From Bacteroidota bacterium (GTDB lineage: Bacteria; Bacteroidota; Bacteroidia; Chitinophagales; CAIODY01), in contig JBEANU010000381.1 in the NCBI GenBank assembly GCA_041165265.1, forward strand, positions 1-33,954: a stretch of DNA of 33,954 nucleotides. Direction: 5' to 3'. The notes under the pieces are model-generated. The model was not told where the DNA came from, ran no database searches, and saw only the letters and a program-made list of their open reading frames with translations. A program made the position numbers and the translations under genes. Below are positions 27,571 through 33,954 of the stretch, one piece after another (the stretch's first letter is position 1; the number at the start of each line of letters is the position of its first letter).

Positions 27571-30500
27571 AGCTTAGTATTGCTAAAGCGTACATTGTTC
27601 AATTTAATTTGATTTTTAGGTTTATATTTTCGCTGATTGCTGATGTTAGCACCTGCAGGAGCATTGCAATCGTCTGTAAAATCAATACCTGCATGATTTA
27701 ACAAACACCATAATGCACGGGCTATATATACCCCATATCCTTCGTAATAAGGACAACTATTGGCTAATGTTAAAATTGAAGCAGAATCAATACTACTTAA
27801 ACTTTGAGCTGAGGAATCAATTCCTAAAAAATCACTTGATTTAAATTTGCGAATCCAATCCATCAAATTCATATAATTTTGTTCGATATGATTTTGTGGC
27901 GAAAATGTGCTAATTAAATTTTGCAAATTAGTAGTATTCGAATCAGTGAGTACACTCATAATACTATCTATCAGCCTATAATTACTATTAAGCGATTGAT
28001 TATAAAAATCATCAATCATAGGGTCTCTCCCTAAAATACTATCCGCATGATTACGGATATAGTGATACAAATCATATTTAGCAATATAATCAGTCTCTAT
28101 TGGGTAAGGGCTATCAGCAGCAGCTTGTCCTACAATTATCTCGTTTAACCCTTGCCAATCAATAACATTGGTGGTTGTATCCGCTGATAATAATGTATCT
28201 GTTTTCAACATCTGCCTATAAGCGCTTAATTCATCATTTGAATAATCGGGTAATGGATTAGGTACAGTAGGAAAATTAAAAGGATAGTTAGTAGAACAAT
28301 TACTTGAAAAACCACTTGAATTTGTAATTAGAGAAAAACCAGAGACATAATGGTTAAGTGCATTAAAATTTACATTAGCTCCACTTGAATAGGTAGGGTC
28401 AGTGGTACTAGTAGTGGCTACAAACATACGACTAGAAGGAGTTGGACTAGAAATATTACAAAATGTCATATAAGGAACTGCAGCATTATAACTACCAACT
28501 GAATTATTCCAAGTAGTGCCTTGCCATGAATTATTGGCAGCCGAAGAAGTTGAACCTTGCTGCCCTATTATGCCTACATTATCTAATACAAATCCAAAAT
28601 AAGAGTTTTGAAACAATGTATTGTTTCTAAAAATGGAAAAATTGCAGTTGCCTGAAAACTGAATCCCTCTAGCAACATTAGCTACATTATTACAACTTAC
28701 AGTTGTGTAGGGTGTTGAATTAACTTTAATTCCATATTCTTTTGATAATGCGTTACAAGGAGTGGCAGTGGCATTAGGGTTTTGATTTACTATATTTGAA
28801 TTTGAACTCCCAGCTCTAAAAATTGCATTCTTACCAATATAATTTTGAGAATGATTGCTTACAATATAAATAGGAATAGGACAAGCTAATTGAATTTTCG
28901 GTGGATAGTTTGCATCAAAATTTATCCCATATTGGTCAGCATTTGATATAGTATTATTTGCAAAAGCAGTTGCTGCATTTCTTAAATATATTGTATTTTG
29001 ATATAAATAGAATAGTTTTCCTCCAGTTGCTGTAGAATTATTATTAAAGTTGGAAATATTGATTCCTCTAAATGAATTATTAATAAAATTATACGAAATA
29101 GTTATTGGATTAAAAGGTTGCAATCCGCTAATCGGTGAATATGGAGTTGGTGGAGTTGGTTGGGTAGTCATTTGAGTTTGTAGTAAGTTAGAAAGATAAA
29201 TAGCAGTATTAGTGTATTCACTTCCACTTGCTGGATTGCTTGTACATACACTACAAAATTTATCAATTGTATTATAATTAATATTAACCTCTCCATCAAC
29301 GAAGGTACCTAATCCCATTGCAGGTGACCCAAAGCAGCTAAACAATCCATTACCTGGAATTGGTCTTGTATTCATAGTAATAGGTGATTCAATATTGTAA
29401 AATTTATTAGATAAAATAGAATATTTTAAAAATTGTCCTGTTTCAATGAATAGCCCTTGGTATCCATAATGTTGAGAGTTACTAGCAATTGAAAATTGAG
29501 GCGCCGCTGTTGATGATAAACTTTGATTGCTTTTAAAAGTAGAATATCGAACATCAACATCCATGTACATATCACAAACTAAACTTCTAACACAATTATA
29601 AAATCGATTGCCATAATAATATTTGTAATCATCAGATGAAGTAATATAAGAAGAGCCTAAAATTAAACTACCCTGCCCATCCAAAGTATAATTACGTAAA
29701 AAGATTCCAGTGCCTCCATATTGATAAGATAATGAAGAAGGCATACTGCCTTGATAAATCATATTTTGAAAAACATTATCATAACAACGTAAATTAGATT
29801 CATTACTATTTATTTGATTATAATTATTTCTTGGAAATTCAACTCCATTTGATTGTTGTTTTGCTAATATCCCAAAACAAAGATTGTCAAAAACATTTGC
29901 AGATGTAGATAATGGGAGTGAACTTGTAGGAGATAAACCAACTATTAATGGATAAACTGTTTCAGTATAGGTTGAAAGTATTTTTGGGACATTTGAACAT
30001 AAATTAATATTTGTAATACATGTAGCACCTACATTATCAACTAAAATGCCTGCTTTAGGTTTATCATTTTGGTAAGGTTGGTGTAGTGAAGTACTAACAA
30101 TTACATTTGGATTAAAGGAATATTCAGGGGTTAAGCAATAAAAAGTAGAAATTGGTTCATTTTTCATAAAATTAGTTAATTGGGTATAACTAGAACATTT
30201 ATATGACCCAATTGCACTTGTAGTGGCATGAGTAAAAATATTTCTAAAAGTAAATAATGAACCTATGATACTTATAGGAATATTTTGCTGCAATTTCATA
30301 TTGCTTAATGATACACCTACATAATTATTATTAAGTACAGACCCATCAATAGTTAATATTTTTTGATTTCCATTATAACCAATTACATTATACGATGAAG
30401 TATTATTATAGTCAATACTAACTGCACTTATTGCATCTTCAATTATGCTATTATTCTTAATTATTAATTGCCCACCTGGCTCAACTACAATTCCATTCCA

Positions 30501-30890
30501 CATATCAGTACAATTATAAAGATGCGAATTATCTATAACCAGGCATTGACCATTAGGTATTTTTAAAGTAACTCCTTTATCTAATGCTAATGATATATTC
30601 TGAAAAATTACTGTCCCAAGAATTGAAACAACATATGGGTTTTGACCAATGTTAGGTACACCATAAACTCCAACACCACTATTTAATTGTGCCGTTTTTA
30701 TAATTCCACCTTGACCAATTAAAGTCACCTCACTTTGACAAAGAAATTGAAAAGAGGAACCATTCTGTATTTGTGTAAAACCTTTATTTGAAAATAAAAG
30801 TAATTGACTAGCAAAAATGGCAGAAATAAAAGTTAATTTACTTCTATTGGTCAATTTTGACGTTTTAAGAATTAGTAATTTTAAGTTCAT
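27342..30890 (-). CDS. Large T9SS type-A cargo protein, probable right-handed beta-helix plus helical region plus CTD
   Basis: Signal peptide; C..MWNGIVV..GG.L.I..NSIIEDA; many Asn/Ile-rich N.I/N.F...GI repeats; LANSCPY.EG..VY.AR; CTD IYPNP. Confidence 0.82.
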   Translation of the reverse strand: MNLKLLILKTSKLTNRSKLTFISAIFASQLLLFSNKGFTQIQNGSSFQFLCQSEVTLIGQGGIIKTAQLNSGVGVYGVPNIGQNPYVVSILGTVIFQNISLALDKGVTLKIPNGQCLVIDNSHLYNCTDMWNGIVVEPGGQLIIKNNSIIEDAISAVSIDYNNTSSYNVIGYNGNQKILTIDGSVLNNNYVGVSLSNMKLQQNIPISIIGSLFTFRNIFTHATTSAIGSYKCSSYTQLTNFMKNEPISTFYCLTPEYSFNPNVIVSTSLHQPYQNDKPKAGILVDNVGATCITNINLCSNVPKILSTYTETVYPLIVGLSPTSSLPLSTSANVFDNLCFGILAKQQSNGVEFPRNNYNQINSNESNLRCYDNVFQNMIYQGSMPSSLSYQYGGTGIFLRNYTLDGQGSLILGSSYITSSDDYKYYYGNRFYNCVRSLVCDMYMDVDVRYSTFKSNQSLSSTAAPQFSIASNSQHYGYQGLFIETGQFLKYSILSNKFYNIESPITMNTRPIPGNGLFSCFGSPAMGLGTFVDGEVNINYNTIDKFCSVCTSNPASGSEYTNTAIYLSNLLQTQMTTQPTPPTPYSPISGLQPFNPITISYNFINNSFRGINISNFNNNSTATGGKLFYLYQNTIYLRNAATAFANNTISNADQYGINFDANYPPKIQLACPIPIYIVSNHSQNYIGKNAIFRAGSSNSNIVNQNPNATATPCNALSKEYGIKVNSTPYTTVSCNNVANVARGIQFSGNCNFSIFRNNTLFQNSYFGFVLDNVGIIGQQGSTSSAANNSWQGTTWNNSVGSYNAAVPYMTFCNISSPTPSSRMFVATTSTTDPTYSSGANVNFNALNHYVSGFSLITNSSGFSSNCSTNYPFNFPTVPNPLPDYSNDELSAYRQMLKTDTLLSADTTTNVIDWQGLNEIIVGQAAADSPYPIETDYIAKYDLYHYIRNHADSILGRDPMIDDFYNQSLNSNYRLIDSIMSVLTDSNTTNLQNLISTFSPQNHIEQNYMNLMDWIRKFKSSDFLGIDSSAQSLSSIDSASILTLANSCPYYEGYGVYIARALWCLLNHAGIDFTDDCNAPAGANISNQRKYKPKNQIKLNNVRFSNTKLQIYPNPNTGNFTVVLPNENYQISITDLSGRAVRYNCKNSGTNKQIELTEAASGLYFITLQNNTTHEKYIQKITIQ

Positions 30891-31057
30891 GTTTAATTTT
30901 GATTTAAAGTTATCAATTTAGGTTCATTTTAATTCGAGTATTAACAAAACTAAATAATTATATGAGATATAAAAAAAATACAATAACAATAAATCGTTTA
31001 TTTTATAAATTCATTTCTAAAAATAACAAAAAATAATCTATTCAATAATTATTCAAA

Positions 31058-31843
31058 TTATTCGTAGCTAAATATTTTCGATAAATTGGCAGCCAGTTTA
31101 TTGGCTAATGAAGTTGAATTATCGGAAATGGTTTTTACATTTAAATTAGATGAATTTGTAACATCAATACCATCCAGTAATTTACCATAATCAATAGTAA
31201 GATGAATATATTGGTTAAGATTAGCCGTTACAGAAAAATTTTGCTCAGGCATTGTAATACTCGTATAATGATTATTTTTTCCAATTTTATAATCGAATGA
31301 TTGCATTTGATTGATGTTTCCATTCATTGAAATCGAAGTATCAATTTTGCCACTTAGGTGAGCAAATACATATCCATCATTAGTTGTAAAAGTACTACCA
31401 AACCACATTTCTGAATGATTTAAAATAGAATTGGATGTTGGCAATACCTGATTTTCAGTAGCATCAAAACCAATATTAAATTTCACCGTTTTATAATTAC
31501 CTACAGGTACTGAGCCTATTACTATTTCTTCGGCATCTAAAGTTTTTAAAATTTTTGAATTCTCAATTTCAATTTCTGTTCCATCTAATTTTACCACTTT
31601 AATATGCGATAAATAAATTTGAGCCAAGCTTAATGATAATTTTCTGCCATCATTATTGGTATAAACCGAATCATAAGCTTCTATTTCTGATGTATCAATA
31701 TTAGAGTGAATGTGCAACACTAATGTGCCTTTCGGAACTTCAGTAGTAGGATTTGTTTTGTCTTTTTTACATGATGCTATGATTAATGTGATGGCAAATA
31801 TGCCTATCCATTTTATGGTTTTGTTTATTTTATTTGATGTCAT
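31058..31843 (-). CDS. MbnP-like lipoprotein (copper-associated family), divergent
   Basis: Lipobox IIAS-C-KKD; YLS.IK....DG, VP.G.Y....F.IG.D, M W...GY.F..L.G, I.L..D..KL.DG, A..LA.N...F match my recollection of Bacteroidota MbnP proteins. Confidence 0.68.
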   Translation of the reverse strand: MTSNKINKTIKWIGIFAITLIIASCKKDKTNPTTEVPKGTLVLHIHSNIDTSEIEAYDSVYTNNDGRKLSLSLAQIYLSHIKVVKLDGTEIEIENSKILKTLDAEEIVIGSVPVGNYKTVKFNIGFDATENQVLPTSNSILNHSEMWFGSTFTTNDGYVFAHLSGKIDTSISMNGNINQMQSFDYKIGKNNHYTSITMPEQNFSVTANLNQYIHLTIDYGKLLDGIDVTNSSNLNVKTISDNSTSLANKLAANLSKIFSYE

Positions 31844-31854
31844 TTTATTTTTAT

Positions 31855-32928
31855 TTAATAGGTATAACTAATGGAAGTATTAATACTATTTTTCAACGGA
31901 GATTGAATTCCATTGTAATAATAAAAAAGCTGAAAGCCATATTCAGCGCTTATTTTAAAGTGTGATAATGTTTTGTTTTTACTGATAAAACTTGAGCCAA
32001 TATAAATCTGCATAAATCTACCACCATAATTTTTTGCATTAGCCATGGGTTCATTAAATTCATAAAGTGTAGCATCATATCCATTTATTTTTCCAATATA
32101 ATTTGCTTCAAAATGTATGGATGAACTAATACAATTTAACCATGAATAGGCTCCCCATAAATGAATTACAGATTCATTTCCTAAATGATAATGAATTGAG
32201 TTGTGATAGAATCTGATAGAATTATTCCATTGCATCCCCGATGCCCATTTGTTTTTTCGAATGCTATAACTTAGTCCTGGCAAAATATCAAAAGTGCCTG
32301 AATCCATTTGCATCATGTATGGCAATCTGCTTGATGTGTAACTCATATCATTTTTATTTCCTTTTTGATTTATACTGCCTGTTGGTAAATTCAAGCCGCC
32401 AATTAATATGATTTGATGCAAATCGTTTTTATACAATCCATACAGGGCAAATAATTGAATATCTAAAAAGCCATTATTCATCATCATTTCATTATGATTG
32501 GTTGAATGATGCATGTTCATCATTGTTGAATTGGCAGTTGGAAGCATTTGCATATTCATCGTATTAATACGATAATTAATCATACTCATTACAGTTAGTT
32601 TATTATTGATGCCATACATTGCCATCAGCATGTGCATTTGCATATTCATTTTATTGGATAGCATTAAATAATTATTGTACACTTCATTTTCAACAATTGC
32701 CTTATTGCCATTTATCAAACCCTTTGTATTCATATTCATTACAGAATAAGAAATCATCCATTTATTTTTTTTATGCAAATGGCTAAGCATAACCGATGAT
32801 GGCGTTAAATTAGTTTTGCAACAGCACCCATTATTGCATACAATTGTTGAATCGCAAGAAGCCTTTGATTCCATGTTTTGAAATAATAATAGCACTGCCA
32901 CAATTATTTTTATAAATAGTTGTCGCAT
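31855..32928 (-). CDS. Met/His/Cys-rich outer-membrane beta-barrel channel (COG4313/MetA-pathway-like transporter), putative metal uptake
   Basis: Signal peptide; P..VM..H.H.K.KWMISY..M.M, M.M.MHML.AMYG, GF.D, GLNLPTGS, RLPY.MQ..SGT.D, N.GG; C-terminal aromatic Y; about 31 Met in 357 aa. Confidence 0.7.
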   Translation of the reverse strand: MRQLFIKIIVAVLLLFQNMESKASCDSTIVCNNGCCCKTNLTPSSVMLSHLHKKNKWMISYSVMNMNTKGLINGNKAIVENEVYNNYLMLSNKMNMQMHMLMAMYGINNKLTVMSMINYRINTMNMQMLPTANSTMMNMHHSTNHNEMMMNNGFLDIQLFALYGLYKNDLHQIILIGGLNLPTGSINQKGNKNDMSYTSSRLPYMMQMDSGTFDILPGLSYSIRKNKWASGMQWNNSIRFYHNSIHYHLGNESVIHLWGAYSWLNCISSSIHFEANYIGKINGYDATLYEFNEPMANAKNYGGRFMQIYIGSSFISKNKTLSHFKISAEYGFQLFYYYNGIQSPLKNSINTSISYTY

Positions 32929-32945
32929 TTCAATTTAGTTAAATT

Positions 32946-32980
32946 AAAAAATTATTCATCTGCACAAATGCAGTGAATAA
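32946..32980 (-). terminator. Intra-operon hairpin plus U6 tract (putative attenuator) between the small ORF and the barrel gene
   Basis: Minus strand UUAUUCA-CUGCA-uuug-UGCAG-a-UGAAUAA followed by UUUUUU; 12 bp with one bulge; starts 27 nt after the stop at 33008. Confidence 0.6.
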
Positions 32981-33007
32981 GATAGTTTCAGTAAAAAAAA
33001 GAATGTA

Positions 33008-33373
33008 CTAAAGTTGAGGTGGACGAAAAAATGAAAGAGAAAAACTAGAGAAGTAATGATTAATAAATGTGGATTTGAATTCAAAAAAAGTTTTTGAAAT
33101 AAAACTTTTTAATTGAAAATGATGTTGAATAAAAAGGTCTTCAAATTTTTCTTTTGAATTAGATGAATTAGGCTTGCTGCTATTTTCATCTTCTTTCATT
33201 TGCTTTTTTAAATGACAACATCCTTGGCAATCATTATTTTCAATATTGCGTTTTACACAAATATTTTTAGCAATATAATTTCTATTTACATTGAAATTAA
33301 CCACAATAAAAAACTTAGTAAAACTTTGCGACAATACCGCAATAGAAAGCAATATGATGAAAATGTTTTTCAA
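33008..33373 (-). CDS. Small exported or membrane-anchored Cys-motif protein ending in FFRPP; candidate regulatory uORF (CruR/CutF/DUF2946-like)
   Basis: TTG start; hydrophobic N-terminus; YIAKNICVKR...CQGCCHLKKQM; low-complexity charged linker; terminal FFRPPQL. Confidence 0.75.
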   Translation of the reverse strand: MKNIFIILLSIAVLSQSFTKFFIVVNFNVNRNYIAKNICVKRNIENNDCQGCCHLKKQMKEDENSSKPNSSNSKEKFEDLFIQHHFQLKSFISKTFFEFKSTFINHYFSSFSLSFFRPPQL

Positions 33374-33383
33374 ATGATGATTA

Positions 33384-33428
33384 CAAAAGTAAACTATAAT
33401 TTGATTTCAATTTCGTGATTATTGTCAT
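33384..33428 (-). promoter_or_regulatory. Promoter of the putative copper operon: -7 TACTTTTG plus upstream Crp/Fnr-like box
   Basis: TACTTTTG (minus strand) at 33384-33391, 10 nt before TTG 33373; GTGA-ttattg-TCAT at 33415-33428. Confidence 0.55.
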
Positions 33429-33506
33429 ACGCTTCTTTAGAAAATACCATTCTTCTCTTTGGGGAAGATTAAGATGAGGTCATTAATAAACATTTTCTGA
33501 AGAAGT

Positions 33507-33954
33507 CTATTTCAAAAAGAATAATCCACAAATAAATATAGCAGCAATTACACAAATCAAATCCACCAAAAGCATGGTAGATAAAGTATATCGAGTATCT
33601 TTTATTTTTATTGAACCAAAATAAACCGCAATTACATAAAAGGTAGTTTCGGCTGAGCATTGAAACACACAAGCCAATCTGCCAGTAAAGGAATCAGCAC
33701 CATAAGTACGCATAGCATCCAACATAAATCCACGAGCACCACCCGAACTAAATGGGCGCAATAACCCAACTGGTAATGCATCAACAATTGATTTATTGAT
33801 ATGAAAACTTAAAAATAATTTTGAAATTAGGTTTGATAAAATTTCAAATACGCCACTATTTCTGAATATGGAAATAGCCACCAACATACCTATAATGTAA
33901 GGAAAAATAGTAACGCCTGTTTTTGCGCCATTCGCTGCACCATTCACAAATGAA
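33507..33954 (-). CDS. Nucleoside-recognition (Gate) domain membrane protein, SpmA/SpmB family, 3' part only
   Basis: F..GA..G......IFPY..GMLVAI..FR.SG, P..L.RP.S..GARG, G.DS..G, S.ETTFYV.AVYFGS..IK.TRY. The frame is open to the right edge, so the GTG at 33947 is not the true start. Confidence 0.88.
   Translation of the reverse strand, partial: SFVNGAANGAKTGVTIFPYIIGMLVAISIFRNSGVFEILSNLISKLFLSFHINKSIVDALPVGLLRPFSSGGARGFMLDAMRTYGADSFTGRLACVFQCSAETTFYVIAVYFGSIKIKDTRYTLSTMLLVDLICVIAAIFICGLFFLK

Noticed and set aside
31058-33373. Methanobactin biosynthetic cluster
   Set aside because: No MbnA/B/C, TonB-dependent MbnT or MbnH in the window; only an MbnP-like gene.
33212-33672. ORFs 33212-33418 (+) and 33469-33672 (-, Cys-rich)
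   Set aside because: The first is antisense to the 121-aa ORF. The second is an alternate frame of the SpmB-like gene, so its Cys content is a frame artefact.

Overview
AT-rich (about 30% GC) chromosomal segment from a Bacteroidota bacterium, inferred from T9SS C-terminal domains, TAnnTTTG promoters, and Bacteroidetes-type ArgS, Adk and ObgE. The core is housekeeping: enoyl-CoA hydratase, DUF1361, plsY, AsmA-like, orphan histidine kinase, RecQ, asnB-like plus GT4, cyclophilin, TPR protein, adk-obgE-EamA, argS, fumC and coaD. Accessory surface-protein genes flank it. On the left are a partial LRR gene missed by the ORF track (1-729) and a T9SS adhesin with Gly-rich loops. On the right are two unrelated T9SS cargo genes sharing a ~95% identical 229-bp CTD cassette, next to a REP-like palindromic element. 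The best candidate for a new system is 31058-33428 on the minus strand: promoter with a Crp/Fnr-like box, then a small exported Cys-motif ORF ending in an RPP arrest-like motif, a terminator-like hairpin, a Met/His/Cys-rich outer-membrane barrel, and an MbnP-like lipoprotein lacking the WxW motif and any MbnH partner. It looks like a copper-uptake operon under nascent-peptide attenuation, analogous to CruR/CutF. I saw no rRNA, tRNA, CRISPR, integrase, transposase or reverse transcriptase. All family assignments come from motif recognition by eye, not from database searches.
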